Shown piece after piece: positions 1-11,848 of a stretch of DNA of 64,000 nucleotides; within the stretch, counting starts at the first letter, position 1, and each line of letters starts with the position of its first letter. The stretch covers positions 39,992,001-40,056,000 of the forward strand of contig NC_086108.1 in the NCBI RefSeq assembly GCF_963921235.1, in the 5' to 3' direction. A model generated the notes under the pieces. The model ran no database searches. It had not been told where the DNA came from and was given only the letters and a program-made list of their open reading frames with translations. This stretch comes from Mobula hypostoma. Taxonomy: Eukaryota. The position numbers and the translations under genes were made by a program.

Positions 1-676
1 GACTCCAAGGTGGTTAATTTACAGGCAGCGTTTGTGGTAAAGAAGGCAAATGCAATGTTGGCATTTATTTCAAGGGGAACAGAATATAAAAGCAAAGAGA
101 TAATGCTGAGGCTTCATAAGACACTAGTCATACTGCACTCAGCATATTAACAGTTTTGGGCCCCATATCTCAGAAAGGATGTATTGTCATTTGAGAAAGT
201 CTAGAGTAGGTTCACAAGGATGATTCTGGGAATAAAAGGGTTAGCATACCCGGAGGGTTTCGTAGCTTTGGGCCTGTACTCACTGTAATCTAGAAGAATG
301 TAAGGGGATCTTATTGAAACCTACCGAATGGTGGATGTGGAGAGGATGTTTCCTATGATGGGGGCGTCCAGAACTAAAGGGCACAGCCTCATAAATGAGG
401 GCAACTCTTTAGAACAGAGGTAAGGAGGAATTTTTTTTAGCCAGAGAGTAGTGAATCTGTGGAATGCTCTGCCACAGACTGCGGCGGAGGCCAAGTCCGT
501 GGGCATATTTAAGGTGAAAGTTGATTGTTTCCTGATCGGTCAGGGGATCAAAGGATACGGCGAGAAGGCAGGTGTATCGGTTTGAGTATCCGGGATCAGC
601 CATAATGGAATGATGGAGCAGACTCGATGGGCTGAATGGCCTAATTCTGCTCCTAATATTCTTATGGTCTTATGGA
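1..676 (+). mobile_element. CR1-clade LINE, 3' fragment (RT C-terminus and 3' UTR)
   Basis: Degenerate CR1 ORF2 C-terminal coding sequence (KKANAMLAFISRG-EYKSKE..., QFWAPYLRKD-like). Ends in a (TCTTATGG)2 tail at about 660-676. Confidence 0.9.
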
Positions 677-780
677 CAATTCTCCATGATGACATTACTG
701 CATAAGGGGGCAGAGGGTTATTGGTGAGATATTGAGGAAGAAATATTTTCCTGTTCATTGCACAATAGAAAAAAGCATTT

Positions 781-1085
781 TGAATCAGAATTGGGTTTAC
801 TATCACTGACATATGTCATGGTATTTTTTTTTGTGGCAGCAGTGCAGAGCAATACATAAAAATATTACTATAAGTTACAATATATAAAAAATAAAGAGGT
901 AGTATAAAAAGAGAACAAAATGTGAGGTAGTGTTCATGGGTTTATGGTCTATTCAGAAACATGATGGCAGACGGGAAGAAGCTGTTCCTAAAATGGTGAG
1001 TACATGCCTTCAAGCTCCTTACCTCCTCCCTGATGGTAATAATGAAAAGAGGGCATGTCCTGGCTGCTGAGGATCTTTAATGACT
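781..1085 (-). mobile_element. Rex1/Babar-type LINE 3' fragment
   Basis: Starts with gaatcagaattgggtttactatcac, the reverse of a (GATTCT)n tail plus polyA signal. Similar to the element at 1505. Confidence 0.7.
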
Positions 1086-1120
1086 TAATGATGTACCTGA
1101 AGTAAATCTCACCTGAATAC

Positions 1121-1503
1121 AAAGTCAAAGTCATAGCTGAGGTCTGCGCAGTTGCATCACAGACACATAAAATCAAATGAGCAACATTCACAATAAAAAC
1201 ATAAAGAAAACTTAAATTAGACACGTCTTGTTCAAGAAAAACGTGACTAGAAGAAGTAAATGAAGTTCAATTTAGTACAAAGTGGTGAAAGTGTTCATAT
1301 TGTTGCTGAACTGCAGGGATTAGAGTTCACCGGTTTGTTCAAGAACCAAATGGTTGAACGGAAATAACTGTTCTTGAACCAAGTGGTGTGGGACTTCAGG
1401 CTTCTGTACCTGCTGCGTGCCTGTAGTTGTGGAAAGATGGCATGACCTGGGTGGTAGGGATCTTTGGTGATGGATGTTGCCGCCATGAGGCAGTGGCTCC
1501 TGT
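1121..1503 (-). mobile_element. Rex1/Babar-type LINE 3' fragment
   Basis: ORF 1295..1486 (ITKDPYHPGHAIFPQL...RYRSLKSHTTWFKNSYF) matches the Rex1 RT C-terminal HP..RYR..SF motif. Confidence 0.75.
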
Positions 1504-1504
1504 A

Positions 1505-3243
1505 GAATCAGAATCAGGTTTATTATCACTAACATAGGACGTGAAGTTTGTTGTTTGGTGGCAACAATGCAGTGCAAAGACATAAGAATCTGTAAGTTGA
1601 AAAAATAAATAAATAGTGAATAAAAAAAGATTGATGCAGTACTGTTCCTGGACCATTCAGAAACCTAATGGCAGAGAGGAAGAATCTGTTCCTGAATAAC
1701 TGAGTTTGGGTCTTTGAGCTCTTGTCTCTCCTCACTGATGGTAGCAATGAGATGAGGGTATGTCCTGGACAGCAAGGGTCCTTCCTGATGGATGCCGCTG
1801 ACCTTTGAAAATATCCTCAGTCGTGGAGAGTGTTGTGCCTGCGATGGAGCAGACTGAGTCCATAATCCTGTACGTTGGAGGCTCCATACGAGGTGTGATG
1901 AAATCTGTCGGAACACTCTTCACCGTACACCTGAAGAAATTAGCTAGAGTCTTTGGTGATATACCGAATCTCTTCAAATTCCTAATGAAGTACAGTCATG
2001 GTATGGGTTGTTCACAATTGTATCAATATGTTGGGATAGATCCTCTGACATGTTGGCACACAGCACTCTTTTCCCCCCGATCCCTCAGTAAGTACATGTG
2101 TGCTCCAGACACTCTCTTCCTGAAGTCCACACTCAATTCCTTGGTCTTACTGATGTTGAGTGTGAAGTTGTTGCAATATCGCTCAACCAGCTGATCTATC
2201 TCACTCTTCCACACTTCCTTGTTGACATCTAAGAATCTACCACCAACAATAGTGACATCAGCAAATGTATAGATGCTGTTTGTGCTGTGCCTAGCCATGC
2301 TGTCATGTAGGTAGAGAGAAAAGGGCAGTGGGCTAATCCTTAAAGTTTGCCTGTTTTGATAGTCAGGGAGGAGGAGATGCTATTTCCTATCTGCATTGAC
2401 TGTGGTCTCCCAATAAAGGAGGAGATCCAGTTACATATAGAGGTACAGAGGCCCAGGTGCTGAAAATTGGTTATTAATACTGAGGGAATGATGGGTTGAA
2501 CGCAGAGCTGAAATCAGTAACAGAGCACAATGAAGAGCCAGTGAGAATGTGTCCGCATTAACATGAGTGCACTGTTAGGTGAATAGCAGCCGATCCAGAT
2601 CCTTGCTCAGGCAGGATTTCATTCTAACCATGACCAACCTCTCAAAGCACTTCATTATGAGTGTACTACTAGTCTATAGCCATTGAGACAGCTCACCATG
2701 CTCGTCTTGGGCATCTGTATGATTGCAGTCCTTTTGAAGAGTGTGGAAACAGACCCCAGCAGCGAGGAGTTGAAGATATCCTTGAACACTCCAGGCAGTT
2801 GGTCAGCACAGATCTCTAGTACCTGGCTAGCTGCACATTCGCAGCTTTACACCTTGCCAGAGTTCACCCACCTGAGGGATGTTCTGACATCAGCCTCTGA
2901 GACAGAGATCACAGGGTCACCACATGCTGTAGGGATTCACACACAGGGCTAACTTTATTCTCCCTTCCAAAGTGTGCAGAAAAGGCATTAAGCTTATTGG
3001 GAAGTGATGCATCACAGCCATTTATATCGTTAGATTTCACCCTTTAGGAAGTACTGGTACGCAAACCCTCCCGCAGCTGTCGTGCATTCAAGTCTGTCTC
3101 TAGCTTCACCCAGAGCTGTCTTTTCACCTTCATAATGGCCTTCTGTAGGTGGTAGCTGAACTTCATGTGGGGTCTATATTGCTGTTCTTGGACACCACAA
3201 ATCTAGGCTTCAGCAGGCTGCGAATCTCCTGATTCATCTAGGG
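1505..3243 (-). mobile_element. Rex1/Babar-type LINE, degraded RT region
   Basis: Tail aatcagaatcaggtttatta. Translated pieces YTFADVTIVG...LNISKTKELSVDFRK (2023..2298) and KRFGISPKTLANFFRCTVKS (1732..1977). Interrupted at 3243 by a hAT element. Confidence 0.85.
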
Positions 3244-3398
3244 CAGTGATTCTCAATGGGGGCAGTACTATGCCATAAGGGGGCTGGTATGTGTCCTAAG
3301 CTGGTGTTAGGGGAAATAGAATTTGTCACAGTGGGGAGGGGGGGTGGGGAAGGGAGCTGTAAGTGGCACCCTAGCTATGGCACTATAATTATGAGACC

Positions 3399-4052
3399 TC
3401 ATAGTCATAGTCATAGTCATAGTCATACTTTATTAATCCCGGGGGAAATTGGTTTTCGTTACAGTTGCTCCATAAATAATAAATATGGTTCTATTAAATA
3501 ATTAAATAGTAGTATGTAAATTATGCCAGTAAATTATGAAATAAGTCCAGGACCAGCCTATTGGCTCAGGGTGTCTGACCCTCCAAGGGAGGAGTTGTAA
3601 AGTTTGATGGCCACAGGCAGGAATGACTTCCTATGACGCTCTGTGCTGCATCTCGGTGGAATGAGCCTCTGGCTGAATGTACTCCTGTGCCCACCCAGTA
3701 CATTATGTAGTGGATGGGAGACATTGACCAAGATGGCATGCAACTTAGACAGCATCCTCTTTTCAGACACCGCTGTGAGAGAGTCCAGTTCTATCCCCAC
3801 AACATCACTGGCCTTACGAATGAGTTTGTTGATTCTGTTGGTGTCTGCTACCCTCAGCCTGCTGCCCCAGCACACAACAGCAAACATGATAGCACTGGCC
3901 ACCACAGACTCGTAGAACATCCTCAGCATCGTCCGGCAGATGTTAAAGGACCTCAGTCTCCTCAGGAAATAGAGACAGCTCTGACACTTCTTGTAGACAG
4001 CCTCAGTGTTCTTTAACCAGTCCAGTTTATTGTCAATTCGTATCCCCAGGTA
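3399..4052 (-). mobile_element. Young 5'-truncated Rex1/Babar LINE inserted in the hAT element
   Basis: Uninterrupted ORF 3558..4067 (YLGIRIDNKLDW...LYFLRRLRSF...FAVVCWG...SHPLH...RKSFLPVAIKLYN). Tail of about five perfect (AGTCAT) units at 3399-3427, next to tttatt. Confidence 0.92.
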
Positions 4053-4299
4053 TGATTGGTCAATCACACCGACTGGAATAGTATAAAGGTAGCTTGCTGA
4101 GCACCAGCTCTACCCCGACTAACATTCAGATTCCAATCTGAATCCTTGTCAATGTAATTTTCGCTGTTGTGATCATCTTTATCTTTGCCTTTGTATGCTA
4201 CTACCATCACTCCCTCCGTGTCAACTCGCTGCTATCGTCAACATCTGATAGTCATTCCTAGTTTGTGTTAATTTTTTATTTTAATTTAGCCTTGTTAAT

Positions 4300-5510
4300 G
4301 ATGGATAAATCTGTACAGCATGATCTCTATGAAGGTGGTGAAGCCTTGAATTCTACTCCTGCTAAAAAACAGAAACTCCAGAAAGTGTGTCAATACAATG
4401 TTACATACCTGGAATATGCTTTTCTTCTGTTCCCATCAGATCAGCTACACCCCAGTTGTCTTTTTTGTAATACTATACTGTCTAATGAAGTCATGAAACC
4501 ATCAAGGTTGCAGGAACACTTCTGTAAAAGACACCCTGAAAAGGCTACTTATTGTATTACTCAGTTCCAGAAGTTGAAAGAAACATTTGAAAAATGTTGT
4601 ACACTTGAGTCATTGCCAAGAAAACTAAAAATAGCCTTGATTGTGGTCTCATTGATATGTGGAAAATCTCATACAATTGGTGAAAGATTAAGAACGCCTG
4701 TTGTATTAGAAGGGCTCACCACTGTTCTCAAAATGGATACCAGATTTTAAAAATCAATTTCTTTGAGTAATAACTTTGTAGCTCGTCGTAATGGTGAAAT
4801 GAGTAAACACGTTGAGTATCAACTGTGCACAGAGCTACAAAAAAACAGAATTTGGGATACAACTGGATGAGTCAACTGCAGGAGACAATGAGACTTTGCT
4901 AATGGCATAGGTACAGTGCATCAAAAATGGAAAAGTTTATGAAGAGAATCTCCTTTGTAAAAATCAACGGAGAATCAATCTACGACAGGCTCAAAATGTA
5001 TATTGAGGATAAAGGTATTCCAATTAGGAACATGATTTCCTGTGCAACACATAGAGCATCGCATATGACAAGTCACCATGCTGGTTCAGTGGCATTAATG
5101 AAAAAAGAAATTCCAAGTCTGTTGTAATCCATTGTGTAATTCATTGTCAAGTTCACGCAGCCAAAACCTTCAGACAGTGACTTTTTTCTAGCATGACTCT
5201 TGTAATATCAGCCATCAACAAAATTAAAGCTCATCCATTAAATAGCAGAATGTTTCACTAGTTATGCCAAGATAACGATGAAGAGTTTGAACCTTTGCTT
5301 CTTCATACTGAAGTGTGTTGGCTGTCAAAAAGATGCTTAAAAAGTTTCTTTGATCTTTTTGACATTGTGGTTGAATTTTTGCTCAAAGTTGACAAGAGCT
5401 TGGGAAACAGGATTGAACTTCTACGTGGTGATGTGGCATACCTAGCCAACCTGTGCGACAAAATGAACATTCTAAATATGAAACTGCAGGGTGAGAATTT
5501 CAATTTAATC
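4300..5510 (+). pseudogene. Buster/ZBED5-like hAT transposase pseudogene (stops and frameshifts)
   Basis: BED finger PSCLFCNTILSNEVMKPSRLQEH...H, KSHTIGERL, LSNNFVARR, QLDEST (about 4860), CATHRASHM (decayed CTDGA..M), IHCVIH (CxxH) and LLHTEVCWLS (RW motif). These are spread across several frames. Confidence 0.92.
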
Positions 5511-7560
5511 AACAACTGGGCTGCAAGATGAAGACAGGAGGGTACGGAACTGAGGGGGGTGTATCTGGGACGCCAGGTAGCACCGTTGAGCCCTCTGGAG
5601 ATGTCGTGGGCTTATCAACGAAATGTCAAAGGAAGGTGCCCACCTTATGACCCCGATGACATACCTACCCTCCCTCCTTGTCACCACTCCAAGCCCACTG
5701 CCAAAATTCAGACTGCCATCTTACCACAGGGATTGAAATATCAAGCCCTAGTAGCCCTACTGATCTTCTGGGAGAAAACCAGTGGCTGTTGTAAAAGTGC
5801 AGCTGACGACAAGGGAAAGACTGTGTGACAGCTGGAGAGAAAGCTGACAGGAGAAAATAGACCCCAGTGGGGCTGTTGTGGGCTAGCTACCCACAACAGC
5901 AGGCTCCGTCACCTTGTCGGGGCACAAGAGTTACCCTCACTTGGCTACGGAAAGTTTAAAGAGAAGTATACTCCCAGAGTCTGCGCGAGCCGGGCAAGAA
6001 GACTCTCTGACTGAACTCCCAGTAACAAACCTTGGCATGGACACGACAATGAATCAAGAAAGTGATAATTCCCACATTAACCAGATTCTGTTAAGAGGGA
6101 GGTCAAATCAGTTGGATGAAACTCAGCGGCAGGAAGAAACCCACAGTCCACAGAGTATCATCACCCTACGGGATGTGGAAGAAGTTTCAGGCACAAGCAG
6201 CAGTCCAAGACACAGCCAGGCACATGGTAAAATGGAGAACATGCAAGGACATAAGCCGTTGGTGAAATGGCCGAAGTCTAACAGCAAGGAGTGGGAAACC
6301 ATCAATGCAGATGTGAGCCTGATCTTAAGTGGCATCAAGGGATCAGCAGAAAAGAAGTCGGAGAAGATGGGTGACCTGATTTACAGCTATGGAAAGGAGA
6401 AATTTGGAGTGAAGGAACAGGTCTGCAGGAAAGATATGCCTCCTTCCCCCAAATCCCGTCGTCTCCAGGAAATCCAACGACTTGTTAAAGAGAGAAGAGG
6501 CCTGAGGAAGTCGTGGAAAAAAGCAACAGCAGAAGAAAGGGACGGCATCAACCTCCTTCAAGAGGACCTAAAACAGAAGCTCTCGAAGCTGCGTAGAGCA
6601 GAGAATTTAAGAAAACGACGCAAAAAGAATGAAAAAGCAAGAACAGACTTCTACAAAGATCTCTTTAAATATGTGAAAGGCATTTTCACAAAAGAGAAAA
6701 CCGGATCCTTGAAAATATCAAAAGAAGAGGTTGAAAGACATCTCGGAACCATCCACACTGATGAGCTAAAAGATGAACCGATACTTGTCCCAGCTAACAT
6801 TCCACCAATCTCACCCTCACAACATCAATTTAACATCAGCCCTCCCAAGCTGAGTGAGGTGAAAGGGGCAGTGAAGAAGGCAAGGTCAGCATCAGTGCCA
6901 GGTCCTAACGGTGTTCTGTATCGTGTCTACAAGGATGCCTGGATGTTCTGATATTTTTCTGGAGAAACATGAGGATTGCATGGGAAAAGCAAGTGATCCC
7001 CAAAGCCTGGAGAAGAGCGGGGAGAGTTCTGATCCCAAAAGAAAAGAATTCGTCCACCATCGAACAGTTTCGCTAAATAAACCTTCTGAACATAGAAGGC
7101 AAGATCATTTTCAGCATGTTGGTGCAAATACTTACAAAGTATCTGCAACAAAACCATTTCATTGATACAAAAATCCAAGAGGCTGCCATAGTAGACTTCT
7201 CAGGATGCCTTGAACATACCAGCATCATTTGGCATCAAGTCCAGATGGCTAAGAAAGAAGGAAAGGATCTGCATGTCTTATTCCTCGACCTGGCCAACGC
7301 CTATGGATCAGTTCCTCATTCCCTACTGTGAACTGCTTTTGAATTCTTTCAGTTGCCTGCAACAATAACAAATTTGGTAAAACACTACTTCCAGGGTCTG
7401 CAAGTTTGTCTTACAACATCGGATTTCACCACAGTGTGGCAACCACTGGAAGTAGGCATCATGGCGGGGTGCACCATCTCCCCATTGGCCTTCACTATGG
7501 CAATGGAGCTCATTATCAGAGCCTCAAAACCACCGATATGAGCCTATATGGATTGTATAG
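5511..7560 (+). mobile_element. R2-superfamily (Hero-like) non-LTR retrotransposon, 3' part deleted
   Basis: ORF 5914..6951 (KWPKSNSKEW, KLRRAENLRKRRK, F.KD.FKY, KKARSASVPGPNGV.Y). RT pieces follow: GCLEHT, LFLDLANAYGSVPH, GIMAGCTISPLAF, and a decayed PI(R)AYMDD at about 7530-7555 where homology stops. Confidence 0.85.
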
Positions 7561-7769
7561 CAATAGTGCACAGATTAGCTGAACCATAAAGACCAGAGCT
7601 ATATGGGATTTGCTCACACAGAAATTTGACAGTGAGATATGTCAGTCTCTTTGATCCATACCAGCTTGGAGAGAGCAATCTGATCTTTCCAATTTCTCTC
7701 CCTTTTTTACTCTATGACTCTGTAGGTTATGCTCTCTCACATCAACTTCCCATTGGTGGGTTTTGCCAC

Positions 7770-8190
7770 TTACTTACAATGAAGGGTAGTGATGCACTAT
7801 TAATTACTCCAAAAGACTGGAAGTAGAGTAAATACTGAAAGGCTTTTATTAGCAGTAAAATGTGACCTCCACCATGCTGAGTATCTGCCCCTGGACTGAG
7901 AGAGGAGCAATGGCACAATCGCCTTTATTCAGGGGTCCTTGGGAGGAGCCACAGCAGCAGTCAGCAGAGGGGCTCGTCCAGACAGGTAACCCGGTTACAA
8001 CATATATATATATATGGTTTACCACAGGTAGTTGTCAATTCACCCAGCACAACTCTTTGGGAGGTGGGAAAGAAACCAAAGCAGCCAGCAAAGGCTCACA
8101 AGGTCACAGGCAGAACATACAAATTCAACATAGATAGCACCCAAAATTAGGATTGAACTCTGCTCCTTAGAGCTCTTGTGCCATCACTGT
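7770..8190 (-). mobile_element. Old tRNA-derived SINE (HE1/V-SINE-like), interrupted by a solo LTR
   Basis: Reverse V-domain-like text (tctttgggaggtgggaaagaaacc...gtcacaggcagaacatacaaattc) and a B-box-like aggattgaactc. Confidence 0.6.
7790..8026 (-). mobile_element. Solo LTR (237 bp)
   Basis: TG...CA ends and an exact 5-bp TSD GGTAG (7785-7789, 8027-8031). AATAAA motifs on the minus strand at about 7845 and 7925. Confidence 0.85.
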
Positions 8191-11100
8191 AGTGAGGCAG
8201 GGGTAAAGAAAGGATGACTTAGATACCCGTAGAACCTTTCATGCATCAGTCATTCCAAATTAGTTTTCAAATGAGGTCTGCATTGTTAAGTATGAGGTAA
8301 GGCAGCCAGTTGGTGCAGTTAAGATCCCATGAAAGCAGCAAAAATGAGGTAATATTCAGTACTGACGTTAATCAAGAAACAAATGTTATCCAGGGCAATG
8401 GGAATGCTACTGCTCTTGGAACAACACTGTGCGAAGCTATGGCCTGTGGCTCCAAGGGTGGAAGGGATCGCTTGTTTTTTTTAAATATTTGATTTGAAAG
8501 ACAGCATTTCTAAAGTGGAGCACTGCCACGGTGGCACATTGGAATGCCAGCCTATATTTTAGACTGGTTTCTGGAATGTATCCTGAATATGCAGGTTCTG
8601 ACTCCAACAATGAGAATGAGCCCAAGTTGACCTCAATATCAGTGTTAAAAAGAAAGGAGAAGTCGGCCCCAATACTGTCTTCTGACCGCAGTAGGTGAGC
8701 ATCAAAATTTGGATAACCTCCATCTGTGATGCCTCACTGTCAAACAGTTTAACAACGCGTACTTGGGCCCCTTCCATGGGAAATAGTTGATAAATTGAGC
8801 TTTTAGGTAGTACCTGCCACCAGTGTCATCATTCCCCAGCTAGCAATCACCTAGAGTTAAGAGATAAGGCTGTACAATCCATCAAGCAACATATATTATT
8901 TGGGTAGAATAGCACAATCTAAAATGATAGCCCCTTCAGCCATTGTTATGCTTACACTTTGAAATGCTTATTGCTTAAAATAGGAATAGGTTTTCAAATA
9001 AACTTCCACAGGAAGATATCAGGTAAAGAATAAATAAGTGTCTGAAGAGGAAGTGTGATTAAAATGAGAAAAAAATCATTGGTGTTTCCTTAAAAGATAA
9101 TTTTTGCACATTCCTTTGTGATCCTCAACAAATTACCCTTCTGTCCATTTAGTAAATGACTTATCTTGCAATGATTTATCTTGGAAAGGGAGACCTATTC
9201 TTTATGCTTATTATTTTTCACCTATATATTAATATTTTCAGTTAGGAACTATTCAGCACACTTAATGTCTTACTATAATGCAGTATGGAAAAGTTTATTG
9301 TGATATATTCCCTGTTTGAAAATCATAACATTTATCAGGACATTATTGAAAATTGACATTTTTTTTAATGCAGTTTTGATTCCTTAAATAATTTGGTTCA
9401 CCAACATTGACCATTTTAGTTTTACCTTTCTCAAGCTTGAAAAGCTTTGGTCAAATGTTAATGTTTATGTAAAATTCTGTGCAGCTCTTACCAAATTAAA
9501 CCATTTTACAAATATATGCAATTGTCAAATCAAATACGAATTATACTTCATAGCTTTTTAAACACGCAGAGCCTTAAAGTTTACTTCATCATTGTTACTT
9601 GATGTCTGTGCTTGTCTTTTTATTTTGGGCTATGCCTGCAATGTAATTACTAATTGTCGGTATGTATGATGAAAAGTTTTACATGTGCACTAATCTATTG
9701 AAAGTAATCTAATTTAAATAAAGTGATGGTCGCACTATATTATAATTGATCACAAAGGTCAAGGAAATGAGAAAAATGAGAACAGTTGTAAAATGTGACA
9801 ACATTATATAAATGGATCAGATTCATAGCATTGGATTGAGAATGTAGAGCCACATAATGGTGATAATAAAAAATATACAGCTGCTGAGGGAAGCCTACCA
9901 CTCCAGGTTTTGCTAATAGCGAAATGCATGCAGATGTCAGAGGTCTCGCAGAAACATGGCACCATTGCTCTGCTTCTCTGCTATTGGAAATTCTTTTTTA
10001 ATTCCCAGTGGCTATATTAACAAAAATATTGGGCAAAGCCATATATATGTTCAGACCAGAATAAGTGATTGAATGTTTCTGCCAGAAATCCCACTACGGT
10101 ACTGCAGGTGAACTTCTGTTTTTCTGCTGTATTCCAGAGACGAAAACTGAACATCTGATAGTAAGATTTGTGTGAGAGAGTAAAGCTTCAGCCTGGGTGG
10201 CACTTAGTGTGTGTTTAATTGGTAAAATGAAATTTTGTTTGATTCTTTTTTAATGGAAACTGTCATGAATCAAATAAAATACTAAGTTTATAAAGTAACT
10301 ATTGTGATGAGTGTAGAAGTGATAGAAATGAACATCTATATGTACAAACATTTCTAGAAAAGATGATTCAAAGAGAACTGTAGTATTTATCATTAAAGAA
10401 CAGGAAAGGCAGTAGAGCCCTTTTTTATTTAATGGTCAGCTTCGAAGAAGTAAACCCAAATACAGCGAAGTATACGTTATTGAGAAATAATTAGAACAAG
10501 GTATAGACAAGAGGTTGACAATGCTGTGCCCCATTAGAATGTAATCATAACCTTGGAATAGCATCAAATCACTAATACCTTTTTTATTGACTGTAAAATG
10601 GTCAACTGGCTCATTAATCATTTGACTATTGGACTTTTTCCAATAACAAAAAAGAGTAACATCAGAACCCATTTCATTTCTGAGCTGTGACTGAGATCAG
10701 ATTTGAAAAGTTAAGCATGCACTTTATTAATATCATGCTGACTTCCCACTGTGGCATCCCCTCCCCCCTCCTCTTTTGACACTTATTGCAGTGTTTCAAT
10801 TAAATATTTCAGTGCATGGCTCATTATTTAATCAGCACACAGGCAATTTATAGCTGTGGCTTGCAGGAGGTAGTTTCCTTTAAATAATGCACAGTTTTGG
10901 CTCACTGTTTCTGCCTTTGATTGTCCGGCATAATTTTTGCAAATGATCTTTTCCTAATGAGGGTTGATCATGCTATCCAATTAAATACACCTTTTAGCAA
11001 AACTCATTAAAATTACCTCAGCAGCATTTTGCAAAGTATCTCCATTGACCTATTTAATATAGGTCAGATAATACAATATTACAGTTCTCATTGGGTCCCT

Positions 11101-11848
11101 TCTGCAGATTTATTTTATTTAATGCTCTCTACATAAAAAAACACAATTCCTAATAGAAAGTATATTTTAAAAAAACAATTTGAGAATTCTGCATTTTTGC
11201 TGGTGATACTCATACAATTAAACTCTTTGTACTCTTTGGGAGACCCAATTAAAAGATGACTATATCTATGAGATATCTTTGCAAAAGATGTTTTTTGGAC
11301 CTTGATGCCTTTAACTGAACAGCTTAGTCCTGTATATTTTTCATTGCAGAATCACAAAGCTGACGTCTCCAATAAGATTACTGGCATTGGTGATCCTGAG
11401 CATAAATAGCATGGAATTTCCGGTTGAGGTAATTATAATTGCTTGCTGCTTTAGCCATGTAAAATTGACAGCAACTTTGGCACACACGCAGTTGGATGCA
11501 GAAATCTAATAGTTGCTGCCTGGGATACCCTTTTCTCCTCTAAGGTGTATTGTTACTCTTCTTGTAAATGGAAGGAAAAATTTGTTCAGGATTTGGAATG
11601 AACTTGAACTTCATAGTGAAAAAAATATTGGAAATATATTTAGTTACCTATCATTACTATAATATTTGTGAAGGAACTGTTTGGCCCTGGGCAGAAAGAC
11701 ACAATCTTTTTGGTGCAGAGTATAATTTCTTCTATTCTACATTGAAGAAGCCACATTTTTTAAAGAACTGTAGAAAAAAAAAACGAAAGCATTTCAGTCT
11801 TGTGTGGGTGTCCTGCTCTTTGTTTTTCTGTAAAATGAGTGAACTGTT

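Larger units (their letters stand above)
3244..5510 (+). mobile_element. hAT (Buster/Charlie-type) DNA transposon relic: left end plus transposase, right end missing
   Basis: The left terminus CAGTGATTCTCAA at 3244 is preceded by the 8-mer ATCTAGGG, which fits the Charlie NTCTARNN target preference. Transposase motifs lie downstream. Confidence 0.8.

Noticed and set aside
4265..4750. Domesticated ZBED5/SCAND3-like host gene
   Set aside because: It has multiple stops and frameshifts, a decayed catalytic motif, a retained transposon terminus and nested insertions, so it is a dead transposon.
5780..5835. Hammerhead at CTGACGA-caagg-GAAA in the Hero leader
   Set aside because: No credible stem II or stem III, and no NUH cleavage triplet can be placed.
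11350..11428. Possible 79-nt coding exon (ttttcattgcag...GAG|gtaatt)
   Set aside because: One frame is open, but I do not recognise the peptide and found no partner exons. Such signals occur by chance.
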